A stretch of DNA of 64,000 bases from an uncultured virus (IMG/VR IMGVR_UViG_3300008117_000020). Lineage: Duplodnaviria; Heunggongvirae; Uroviricota; Caudoviricetes. The DNA lies in the IMG/VR virus record IMGVR_UViG_3300008117_000020. One strand, 5' to 3'. Made by a program: the position numbers and the translations under genes. The notes under the pieces are model-generated. The model saw nothing but the letters and a program-made list of their open reading frames with translations. It had not been told where the DNA came from and did not search any database. How positions within the stretch are numbered: the first letter of the stretch is position 1; every line of letters starts with the position of its first letter. Shown here one piece after another: positions 1-8,213 of the stretch.

Positions 1-319
1 TTCCAATAGATCGGAAATCTGCAAAAGTTGTATCTCTGTGAGGAGAAATAAGTCCTCCTTTAGAGATAAGACCTAACTCAGGTTGCCAATTAAATTGAGC
101 ACAAACTGATGTTAGGTATGACCATATTTTATCGTCTTGCAATCCTTTTTCAAATGGACGAGCATTACTCAAAGGAGCTTCATAAGGAAGCCAAATACGA
201 CGACGACCAGGAGCGTAATTAGAAACATCTTGTCCAAGAACTGGATCAATATTATTTTCTAAATAATCTACAAGTTTGTTGACTGTATCTTGATTGATTG
301 TACTGATTATATTAAGCAT
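1..319 (-). CDS. Partial (runs off window) putative 2OG-Fe(II)/AlkB-like dioxygenase
   Basis: Own translation from ATG 319: MLNIISTINQ...GRRRIW...GGLISPHRDTTFADF; HxD motif in an I-x-P-H-R-D context; AGGA RBS upstream. Confidence 0.45.
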   Translation of the reverse strand, partial: MLNIISTINQDTVNKLVDYLENNIDPVLGQDVSNYAPGRRRIWLPYEAPLSNARPFEKGLQDDKIWSYLTSVCAQFNWQPELGLISKGGLISPHRDTTFADFRSIG

Positions 320-332
320 TGTATTCCTTAAA

Positions 333-354
333 GTGGGGGGCTTACGCCCCCCAC
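333..354 (-). terminator. Stem-loop, probable intrinsic terminator or processing site
   Basis: Minus strand GTGGGGGGC-GTAA-GCCCCCCAC then TTT, just after the stop of 359..1219. Confidence 0.6.
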
Positions 355-358
355 ATAA

Positions 359-1219
359 TTAAGCAAATGGATTTTTGGGAATTGCAATCTCGTGTACATG
401 ATCGCCATGAGCAATAATGTACGGACGAGGTGCAGGAGTACCATGATGTGCCTGATAGGCTACAGCATGATAGTGTGACAAGAAGATCTTGACTGCAAAG
501 CGTCGAGCTTGTGCGTCAATCTGAGCATCAGAAAGCTTACCAGTCTCAAGCTTAGCTCGAGTCTGATTAACCTTAAAATTCTTCTTCTCTAGAATTGACT
601 TAGCAAAGTCAGAATAATCGCCGGCATTGTTCTTTTCAATGCGTCGTGCCTTGTCCTGCTTGTAAAGCTGGCCGTAGAAGCAGTCTTCCTTGCCCGAGAA
701 CTTCATAAAGCTCTGGCCAATCTTCCAACACAGAGTCTTCAACTCTGCATTGAAAGGACGCTTCTGACCCTTTTCCCAAGTCTGGGTAGGGTCAAGTCCA
801 GCATATCGCCAGACACTACCTGCGGTTGGAGCCTTGGTAATGTCAATATGGGCGAGCAGTCCAGCAGCGAGAACAGGTCCGATACCGTACTGTTCAAGAG
901 CCCATTTGCCTTCTACTGTTGAGCCAGCAAACTGTTGAAGAGGAGCCTTGAGAGCCTTCTCCATTCGGTAAAGACCATCATAGAGAAGAGCAACAAGCTC
1001 ATGAGGAGATCCTTGCTTTTCAAGCTCACGAGTTTGAGCAGCAAAAGCCATACGGTTTTCCTGCAAGGTATAGTATGCGTCGACGATCTTTCGAGCCGAT
1101 GCCTGGTCAAGAGACTCAGTCAGGTTCCGAACGTCGCGACTAAATCGGTCAAAGACCGGGAAGTCAAGTGGAGCGAGATCATCGATAGATTCGATGTCAT
1201 CAAAGTTAAAGTTGGACAT
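359..1219 (-). CDS. IS110/Nop-domain RNA-binding protein lacking the RuvC domain (TasA-like)
   Basis: GIGPVLAAGLLAHID...SVWRYAGLDP resembles the IS110 C-terminal (Transposase_20/Nop) motif, preceded by a coiled coil (VDAYYTLQENR); no N-terminal DEDD domain. Confidence 0.7.
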   Translation of the reverse strand: MSNFNFDDIESIDDLAPLDFPVFDRFSRDVRNLTESLDQASARKIVDAYYTLQENRMAFAAQTRELEKQGSPHELVALLYDGLYRMEKALKAPLQQFAGSTVEGKWALEQYGIGPVLAAGLLAHIDITKAPTAGSVWRYAGLDPTQTWEKGQKRPFNAELKTLCWKIGQSFMKFSGKEDCFYGQLYKQDKARRIEKNNAGDYSDFAKSILEKKNFKVNQTRAKLETGKLSDAQIDAQARRFAVKIFLSHYHAVAYQAHHGTPAPRPYIIAHGDHVHEIAIPKNPFA

Positions 1220-1265
1220 GTTATGTTATCCTTTATATGATATTGGGTTATGGATAGTTAGATAG

Positions 1266-1706
1266 TCAGGCAACCTTGCGTGCCTTAAGTTTGGTATTGA
1301 TAGTGCGAGGAATCCAAATTGGAGCAGTAACAACCTTGCCAGTGCCGTAGGCAATTTTGCCAAGGTCATTGATTACTACTTTGGATTTGTTATATTTTGT
1401 TTGAACTGTTTCTTTAGTGTGAGCTGTGCGTGTTGTGCCAAGAGCCTGAGCCTTTGGACTGTCATAGTTCCAGGCAAGAAACTTGTAACCAGGAACAGAC
1501 ATCAAAGTTGAAACAACGCCAGCAGACATTGCAATAAGGCCTGCGGCACCAAATGCAATGCCCATAACGTATGAGATGAACAAAGAGTTGAGTAGATTAA
1601 AGAGTCCGCTTTTAGCAGAGAGTCTGCGCCAAGCTGGGACTTTAGCTGCAATCATCAACTCCAAAGCAGTTGAAGTGATTGCGAGTAGAAAGACCATTGT
1701 TATCAT
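1266..1706 (-). CDS. Hypothetical membrane protein
   Basis: 146 aa, hydrophobic N-terminal segments, GGAG RBS. Confidence 0.7.
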   Translation of the reverse strand: MITMVFLLAITSTALELMIAAKVPAWRRLSAKSGLFNLLNSLFISYVMGIAFGAAGLIAMSAGVVSTLMSVPGYKFLAWNYDSPKAQALGTTRTAHTKETVQTKYNKSKVVINDLGKIAYGTGKVVTAPIWIPRTINTKLKARKVA

Positions 1707-1889
1707 TTATTACTCCTTTGGAGATGATATGGGTTTATATTTTGGTGGAACTGTTTAGCCCTTCTTTTTATGGAACTAAAAAGAAAGTTAATTTAGTTAT
1801 TCTTTGTATGAATAAAAAAAGTTATAAACAACAAAAGGGTCAGGAACTAGATTGTGTTCCCGACCCTTAAGTCGCATCCCTGATTGAGG

Positions 1890-2231
1890 TTAGTGGGTAA
1901 GCATTACCCAGAAGTCAAACATTTTGGTTTCATCGTTGAAACGTGAAACTGACTCTGTAGCAAGGTTGTCTTTTGCTGCGCGGGCATAAAGTCCAGCACG
2001 CAGAGAAGCAACCTGCTTCTTATCGGTCAATGGAATGTTTACGTGGAACCATTCATTGCGATTGTTAAGAAGCTCAGCGTAGATTGCGGTGATAACAGGG
2101 TTGCGCTTGCGACCCTTACCGCTACCTACTGGTGGCTGAGAAACCCGTGTAAGAAGCTTGGTAGGTGTTGCTATCGCAAACTTCTTAGGGTTGCTAATGA
2201 CTTGTGTTTCTGTGCTAGGGATAATAGCCAT
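1890..2231 (-). CDS. Hypothetical, possibly DNA-binding protein
   Basis: AAGGAG RBS before MAIIP; basic GKGRKR patch. Confidence 0.6.
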   Translation of the reverse strand: MAIIPSTETQVISNPKKFAIATPTKLLTRVSQPPVGSGKGRKRNPVITAIYAELLNNRNEWFHVNIPLTDKKQVASLRAGLYARAAKDNLATESVSRFNDETKMFDFWVMLTH

Positions 2232-2302
2232 GGTATTCTCCTTGGTGAGGTAAGACAATTTTTAAATTAAATTGTCACAATTTTTTATGAACTATTGTAT
2301 GA

Positions 2303-3175
2303 TTATATTTTAAAGTTCCAGTTGCGGAGTCTTCCACTTGAAAAGTGTAAGATCCAGCTAGCAAACAGTGCGTTAACTTCTGGTCTAAAGAGATCATTTG
2401 GCTCATAACCAAAATTATCTTTTAAAACTTTAAACCAAGAAGAATTAATCTGTAATAGTCCTGAATCATATGTACCATTTTTGTTCAAAGTCCAGACTAG
2501 TTGACCGTTTTCCCAAGTTGCGTTGACGGCTCCAGGTTGACACCTAGATTCACGCCAAGCAATATAAGAGAAAACTTTCCAAGGTAGTCCATACTTTTTA
2601 AAAATAGGTTCAAATTCAGGACAATAGAATTGTTTGCCTACAGGAAGTTTAATATGGTAAGTAGTATCACGAGTGGGTCTTAGATATTTATTGTTTTTAA
2701 TGCAACCCCATCCGGTGAATCCAACAGGATCCCTAAAGAAAGGTCTCCTATTGATTCTATCGTCTAGTGTTCTGTATTCATTTTTAGTTTGATAACCAAA
2801 AGTTGAAATACGGTTAGCAACAATAATCTGTTCTAAGACGGTAGCTTGGGAAGGATGTGGAGCAAATTCTTGTCCACCATATCCTTTCCAGGTAGACTCA
2901 GCAATGCCGAGTCCACCACCCCAATTACCTTTGTCTTGCCAGTCGCCGCCTGTTTCACATTGGGCGACCTTTTTCCAGTACTTAATGGAAGGTCCCATCT
3001 TGAATGGTACTTTCTTCCATTTAGTAGGAGTACTGGGCAGGGTGGTACTTCGGGGCTCGGAAGATGACTCCGAGACACCTCCGACATCTGTGGCAGATGC
3101 TGATGAAGTTGTTGCTGGAATGACTCCAGCTATTGCCACCATAAGTGACAATAGTATATTTCGTATGTTGCGCAT
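2303..3175 (-). CDS. Secreted Rpf-like transglycosylase fused to a second SLT-type lytic transglycosylase domain
   Basis: Signal peptide; WKKVAQCETGGDW...GGLGIAESTWKGYGG...QATVLEQIIVA (Rpf core); IAWRESRC...AVN...DSGLLQIN (SLT motifs). Confidence 0.85.
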   Translation of the reverse strand: MRNIRNILLSLMVAIAGVIPATTSSASATDVGGVSESSSEPRSTTLPSTPTKWKKVPFKMGPSIKYWKKVAQCETGGDWQDKGNWGGGLGIAESTWKGYGGQEFAPHPSQATVLEQIIVANRISTFGYQTKNEYRTLDDRINRRPFFRDPVGFTGWGCIKNNKYLRPTRDTTYHIKLPVGKQFYCPEFEPIFKKYGLPWKVFSYIAWRESRCQPGAVNATWENGQLVWTLNKNGTYDSGLLQINSSWFKVLKDNFGYEPNDLFRPEVNALFASWILHFSSGRLRNWNFKI

Positions 3176-3184
3176 GGTATCGCT

Positions 3185-3305
3185 CCTTTCGTGTGGGTTT
3201 GAGACTTACGTCTCATTAGCAAACGCGCAGGTTGCGAAACCGAAGATTGCATGGACAAATACGATATGCCCATTACATTGGCAGGATTGCCTCTCCGACT
3301 TCGTA
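3185..3305 (-). promoter_or_regulatory. Candidate structured 5' leader of the Rpf/SLT gene
   Basis: GAAGTCGGAGA/TCTTCGGTTTC stem enclosing two hairpins, then TGAGAC-GTAA-GTCTCA hairpin before the RBS. Confidence 0.45.
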
Positions 3306-3578
3306 GATATCACTATCTATTAGGTAGGGGAACTTCCCCCTGCCCATAAATGGGCATGGTATATTGTATCAGATAAGGGATAGTGTGGTCTATTTTAAAC
3401 ATGGTTTTTCTCCAGTAGTAGGAATACAGACTCATAAAGAGTGATCCCCGGGTTACTGTTGTGGGAACAGCTTCCCGGGGACATATCACTTTGACATTGT
3501 ACTCCTGCGCTTCGTAATTTAATACGATCACAATATAGTAACCGTATTTAAAGTATAAGCACTTAAATTAAAATAGAA

Positions 3579-3854
3579 TTAGGCTTCCATTTCTTTTGAA
3601 TCGTAGAAGTCGTCATCTTCAACTATGCTGCTCTGCGTGCTGCTGGAGCTATTAGCAGAAGGCATAGATGAATTAATTTGATATACGCCTCTACGAACTT
3701 GAGAGAATCTAGAAGGATTCTTCCTGATGTAGATGTAAACGTTTTGAACAGTGCAACTAACTTCTGCTGCAATTTGAGCAACAGTGAATTCAGTGCCTTC
3801 ACTGTACTTAGAATTGATGAGCTGTTCAATTGCATTTGTCTTTCCTCTTGGCAT
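3579..3854 (-). CDS. Winged helix-turn-helix DNA-binding protein
   Basis: FTVAQIAAEVSCTVQNVYIYI HTH followed by VRRGVY wing. Confidence 0.7.
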   Translation of the reverse strand: MPRGKTNAIEQLINSKYSEGTEFTVAQIAAEVSCTVQNVYIYIRKNPSRFSQVRRGVYQINSSMPSANSSSSTQSSIVEDDDFYDSKEMEA

Positions 3855-4036
3855 TTTGGTACTCCTCTGTGAGGTTTTTGTTTGATACTTACATATATAA
3901 AGTTATATAATAAAATCTTATATATGAGACATTCTCATGAATATCTTAGATTTTTTAGTTACAGCCATTACAAACATTAATATATATATAGTATGTAAAC
4001 ATACCAAACATATATAAATTGGTAGGCTTAACAAAA

Positions 4037-4285
4037 TTAGTCGATCTGAACGTCGACTCCAAGGATCTCAGAATGAAGTTTGAGAGCCTCAAGAAGAGCG
4101 TTGAACGACTCTTGAAGAGCGTGCATGCCTGTCAGAAATTTGTTGACCTCGACAGAATTGTCTTTGGAAATTTCTAGCAGAGGATAAACTCCCAAATACT
4201 TTGAGAGTAGATCCTGCAATCGATTGAAAGACTCATAGAGTTCAGCTTCGTTGTGCATAATTGTTTGGGGGATGTTGAGGGACAT
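4037..4285 (-). CDS. Hypothetical protein
   Basis: Start MSLNIP adjacent to the upstream stop at 4287. Confidence 0.6.
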   Translation of the reverse strand: MSLNIPQTIMHNEAELYESFNRLQDLLSKYLGVYPLLEISKDNSVEVNKFLTGMHALQESFNALLEALKLHSEILGVDVQID

Positions 4286-4286
4286 G

Positions 4287-4733
4287 TTAGAACATAGCCT
4301 TTCGTTTGGTGTAATAAGAGTTTGTTGTCCATAAGACATCGGTTCCATGACTGTCATATACTTCGATATGACCATCCGTCATGTCGCCAATGTCATTGAA
4401 GCAAGTTTTGACTTGTCCTTTGTATTTAAACTGGCTATGCGTTGTGTCGACAAGCCAGGTAATACGAAGGTCAAGGCCCTTGCTTCTGGCTTTAAGTATG
4501 GCCATTGAGCCATAGGTAGATTTCTCTAAATTCTGGGTTATCCACAAGATGGGAGAACCGCTAGAATTAGGAAGAATTGCTGATGCATAAGCTCTTGATT
4601 CTGGAATGCGTATGTCATAAGTTTCATCTCGATAATCAATGTGATATCTATCTGAATCTGTATTATACAACGCATCCCATAGAGCGTTATGTGTTGCGAG
4701 AATTTGGTCTCGCTGTTCGTTTGTTAGTTCCAT
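4287..4733 (-). CDS. Hypothetical protein
   Basis: 148 aa ORF with GAGG RBS. Confidence 0.7.
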   Translation of the reverse strand: MELTNEQRDQILATHNALWDALYNTDSDRYHIDYRDETYDIRIPESRAYASAILPNSSGSPILWITQNLEKSTYGSMAILKARSKGLDLRITWLVDTTHSQFKYKGQVKTCFNDIGDMTDGHIEVYDSHGTDVLWTTNSYYTKRKAMF

Positions 4734-4875
4734 AAATAATATTCCTCTGCCTTATTAAAAAAAGGTGGTTTTCCCCGGAACACTACCTTAAGTGGGGGGC
4801 AGGTAATGCTCCGGGGTCAACCGATCGGTAAGACTAAGAGAAATTAAGCTAGGAGGCAAACTTGTTCGTCAGAAG

Positions 4876-5148
4876 TCAGACCGAAGATGTATCCATAGTT
4901 TTGTTGTCACTGTCGCCTTCTTCAACCAGTTCATAAGGCGACTTGAGATAAAACTCTATTTGATCAATGATTTGAAGTCCGAGAAGAATACCTTCTAAAA
5001 TCTTTACCTTTTTAGCGTCTTCCATGTTAGGAGTAACGCTGAGGTAAAGCTTATTGCTGCCCACGTGTCTGTGGACAGCTTCTAGAAGGTACTGTGCTTC
5101 TTCTTCTGTTAGACATGCGTCTATAAATTTTGTGCTCAAATTATTCAT
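4876..5148 (-). CDS. Hypothetical protein
   Basis: 90 aa ORF in the operon direction. Confidence 0.6.
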   Translation of the reverse strand: MNNLSTKFIDACLTEEEAQYLLEAVHRHVGSNKLYLSVTPNMEDAKKVKILEGILLGLQIIDQIEFYLKSPYELVEEGDSDNKTMDTSSV

Positions 5149-5195
5149 TTCATATCCAATTTCGCGTCGATATTTTTTTTTAAATTAGGGTTAGA

Positions 5196-5687
5196 TTAGA
5201 ATGGTTCAGGTATGGATTGAACCATGTTTTCGGTGAGCTCGTCATATGTGACAATGGCGAGCCCAGCGTAGTTTTGTTCTAGGACAGTTTCACAGTCAGA
5301 AGGAGAGCCCACATAAAGGACAAAGTCGTCAGCTATGTCTACGACATAGTGAAGGACAATGTCCTGGTGGTCTTCTCCAAAGGATTTCTCGGAAATCCAT
5401 TCTGGGTCTAGATATTTTGACATAGATTTAGTTTCAATTTCGTCTTCGTCAGGAGGGAAGATTTCGTCCCAGCAAGACTTGCAGGTGCCGGAAATCATCA
5501 GTTCTCGCTGATCCATAGAAAGGTCTGGAAAGACCTCTTGCATAAAGCGACGCTTATAGAACACATCTTCAAAGTCAGAAACTGACAATTTAAAGATATG
5601 TTTAGCTTCGCAATGAACGCAAGATTTGTTGAATTCTGTGGTATCTGTAGATCCACGTGAATAGTCGTGATTATAGATGATGTTCAT
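5196..5687 (-). CDS. Hypothetical Zn-binding protein
   Basis: CVHC...QRELMISGTCKSCW; start MNIIY after GAAGGG. Confidence 0.65.
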   Translation of the reverse strand: MNIIYNHDYSRGSTDTTEFNKSCVHCEAKHIFKLSVSDFEDVFYKRRFMQEVFPDLSMDQRELMISGTCKSCWDEIFPPDEDEIETKSMSKYLDPEWISEKSFGEDHQDIVLHYVVDIADDFVLYVGSPSDCETVLEQNYAGLAIVTYDELTENMVQSIPEPF

Positions 5688-5706
5688 GTGAATATTGCCC
5701 TTCTTT

Positions 5707-5994
5707 TTAGAATGCACCGAAAGCCGCATACACAAGGTATGCAAACATAGCAATTAGGAGAATTGCAGGAATGTAGACTTGGTGCATAATGAGAGATATT
5801 GATGAGACTAGGGTTACGATAGCTTCGAGAGCTATGTAGGATTGAATTGCTCTACGCTTGGCTTTCTTTGTGCGTAGATGGCCGATGGACCGGCCCGCAA
5901 AAGAACCAAGCTTATGGGTATAAGTTTGTAGAGAAGATGTATAGGGATAGTAGGGATTAGTATTAGGGGATGAAATAAGGATTGTGTGTGTCAT
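5707..5994 (-). CDS. Hypothetical membrane protein
   Basis: Two C-terminal hydrophobic helices. Confidence 0.55.
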   Translation of the reverse strand: MTHTILISSPNTNPYYPYTSSLQTYTHKLGSFAGRSIGHLRTKKAKRRAIQSYIALEAIVTLVSSISLIMHQVYIPAILLIAMFAYLVYAAFGAF

Positions 5995-6466
5995 ATTCTT
6001 TTCTTTTAATAAACATTAAAATAAAAAAACCTGTATTTAGCCTATAGGTGATTAGGCATTGTGTGGTAGGTTTGGAGATGTGTACACATATAGAGATTGG
6101 TGTGTACACAAGATATGGAGAGATGGTAGGGTTTATATAGGATGTTAGGTTTATATAGGTAGTTACTGGGTCCCCACTTAAAAAGCCTACAATTTTATCA
6201 TTTCATTAACAAAAATTATAGCTCGGCACTAATGATATATAAGGGTATATATGTGCCAAGGGGGAGATTGTTATTGTTCTATAGCTATTCTCTATATGTA
6301 TATAAGAGAAAGCATGAGATGGTTTTGCGGCGATTCGAGGTCTATGTTTTTTAAAAGTTTAATTAAAATTAAAATTAAAAAGACTGAATGCCGCAAGGGG
6401 ATGAGTATAATAAAAGACTGGCATAGGTGACCACCAACCTATACCAGTCTTTATTGAGACAAGATT

Positions 6467-6682
6467 TCAAATATGAAGCTCTATATTATACATTCTTTTA
6501 AAGTCACGTCGCATGGGATGCAGAGCAGACTCTGTTCCATGTGTTGTGTACATCGGGCCTTTGATCGTGGAGGGAGGTACGATCTTGTAAACGCCTGATT
6601 TAGCTCTTTCAACTTCAAAGCCTAACCGCTGGATTTCCGAAAGGACTTTCTTCATCCGACTAGATTGATGTTGCCGAGGCAT
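6467..6682 (-). CDS. HicA-like small protein
   Basis: 71 aa basic; KKVLSEIQRLGFEVERAKSG pattern of the HicA fold; AAGGAG RBS. Confidence 0.5.
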   Translation of the reverse strand: MPRQHQSSRMKKVLSEIQRLGFEVERAKSGVYKIVPPSTIKGPMYTTHGTESALHPMRRDFKRMYNIELHI

Positions 6683-6724
6683 ATAATATCTCCTTATATT
6701 TGATTGGTCTCGCCTGACACAGAT

Positions 6725-6753
6725 AGTATATCAGTGTCTTGGCCGGCGTGCAA
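6725..6753 (-). promoter_or_regulatory. Sigma70/SigA-type promoter
   Basis: TTGCAC-N17-TATACT with extended TG, about 40 nt upstream of 6682. Confidence 0.65.
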
Positions 6754-6894
6754 CCAAAAAGGAGACATTTTTCCAGCCTCGTAGAAAAGGCACTTAAAAG
6801 TTCGGCGCTTCGCGCCCTAGTAAAAATAATATAATGTGTAATCCAGGGATAGAGATAATCATAGAGACTATTCTAACCCTGGACTACACATATA

Positions 6895-7128
6895 CTACAG
6901 GTAGCTCCTTACAAAGGATACTCGACGTTTTTGGATTGCTTCTTCGAGACAATCGTCACACATTACTGCGTGATAGATGTTTGTGTCGAAACGGGAGCCG
7001 TAGCTACCTGTGATCTCGAAGTCGACTGCATCATTGAGATTTGTTGCATCTCCGGCTTGTTCTTCGGTCCACAGGTAGATTACTGCTTTTTCGCAAATGA
7101 GACAGGGAGTAAGGAATGGGCGTGGCAT
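6895..7128 (-). CDS. Hypothetical Cys-containing protein
   Basis: CLIC...GSYGSRFD...MCDDC. Confidence 0.65.
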   Translation of the reverse strand: MPRPFLTPCLICEKAVIYLWTEEQAGDATNLNDAVDFEITGSYGSRFDTNIYHAVMCDDCLEEAIQKRRVSFVRSYL

Positions 7129-7130
7129 TG

Positions 7131-7346
7131 TCAACCGCCCCACCCCACGAAGTGTTCAGGATCTCCGACCCAGAACCCACCAGTGCCGTCACTCTTGTTC
7201 AGCCACTCATCCAAACACTTGTGCAAGAACTCACGATGCTGATCGGTGAGAGGCTTGTCTTCGGTGTTGGGGTTGCAGTTGAAGCAGATGTCTGAGTGAA
7301 CATTGCCTTCGGTGGTTTCGTATTGAATTTCTGCGCAGAACTTCAT
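7131..7346 (-). CDS. Hypothetical protein
   Basis: Start overlaps the upstream stop (TAATG). Confidence 0.6.
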   Translation of the reverse strand: MKFCAEIQYETTEGNVHSDICFNCNPNTEDKPLTDQHREFLHKCLDEWLNKSDGTGGFWVGDPEHFVGWGG

Positions 7347-7642
7347 TAGATGGTCTCCTTGATCTTGTTGTTTCCGAGAGTGCGGTCGATGGACTCCATG
7401 ACGAGGCCAACGTTATCGTTTTCCAAAGCGTTGAGCCATGCTTCCATGAGCTTGAGGTGGCTTTCGCGCAGAGTAGCGTGCGATTCGATCTGCTTCTTGA
7501 GGACTTCGACGAGATCCTTGAAGTTTTCGATTCGCTCGGACTGAGTGGAGATCATACGCTTCATGACGTTCATGTGAGTTTCCATGTCGCGGATCTCTGC
7601 GTTTGCTGCGTTGATATCGGTGTAGATGGGACGTGTGGTCAT
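7346..7642 (-). CDS. Hypothetical coiled-coil protein
   Basis: Start MTTRP after GAAGGA RBS. Confidence 0.65.
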   Translation of the reverse strand: MTTRPIYTDINAANAEIRDMETHMNVMKRMISTQSERIENFKDLVEVLKKQIESHATLRESHLKLMEAWLNALENDNVGLVMESIDRTLGNNKIKETI

Positions 7643-7826
7643 TGTATTCCTTCTTTGTATGAATTTTTTTATATGATTATATGTATTTATGCGACTTTGG
7701 TATACTGATAGAACATTACTGTTGGGTATACTAGCCAACATATTTTAAGCGGGTCTTCTATCAATCCCGACACGTCACTATCTTAAACTAAAAGTACTAC
7801 CCAGTAGTTTGGACACGTGCAGCCCT

Positions 7827-7899
7827 TGGTGGAGATGCTGGGAATCGAACCCAGATGATGAACATTGGCGAACCGTTGTTCCGAAAGCCTGTCATCCCC
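7827..7899 (-). ncRNA. 73-nt tmRNA-like tRNA-like domain with no mRNA-like region
   Basis: GGGGATG...CATCTCC-A-CCA acceptor stem with G3-U70; T-arm CTGGG-TTCGATT-CCCAG; no D stem; GAACA/TGTTC stem capped by GG-TTCG-CC instead of an anticodon loop. Confidence 0.75.
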
Positions 7900-7903
7900 G
7901 TAG

Positions 7904-8083
7904 TGGCATAGTTTTACTTATTCGTATATGAGGTGGCTATGCCAGACCATTCTCATAACTATCCGTGCATTTATAGGCGTCACGGCTAAGCCTTATAAAG
8001 GTGATCTTTATATTATGTAAAGCGATCAGGTTTACACAAGATAGATTAGTTAGACTCTACTGTTAACATCTATCAGGTAACAG
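7904..8083 (-). ncRNA. Four back-to-back H-type pseudoknots
   Basis: Crossing stems CTGTTA/TAACAG+GATAGAT/ATCTATC; TGTAAA/TTTACA+TGATC/GATCA; TTTATAAGGC/GCCTATAAA+CCGTG/CACGG; TATGAG/CTCATA+TGGCATAG/CTATGCCA. Confidence 0.6.
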
Positions 8084-8213
8084 GGTTTTACACCTTCTAA
8101 CCAGTGGTGTTGTCTATGTATTCAGCCCCATAGACAGGTCGGTGTTGGGGCGCACCACGGAGACGGTGTCGTTTAAGATATGCTTGCTACATATCCCCCA
8201 ATGACCTAGTATG

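Noticed and set aside
359..1219. Active IS110 insertion sequence
   Set aside because: No catalytic RuvC domain and no non-coding ends long enough for a bridge RNA
3340..3415. CCA-N9 spacing resembling a TIGR unit
   Set aside because: No TG boxes or repeated edge/loop units, and far from the TasA-like gene
7866..7877. UUCG loop of the mini-tmRNA as a quadruplet anticodon for CGGA
   Set aside because: Needs a G-U pair, fails for CGGC, and UUCG tetraloops are compact; geometry is unlike an anticodon arm
7917..7975. ATAAAT-GCA resembling a tmRNA resume site upstream of the mini-tmRNA
   Set aside because: The frame encodes no Ala-Ala-type degradation tag and the site lies inside a predicted pseudoknot stem
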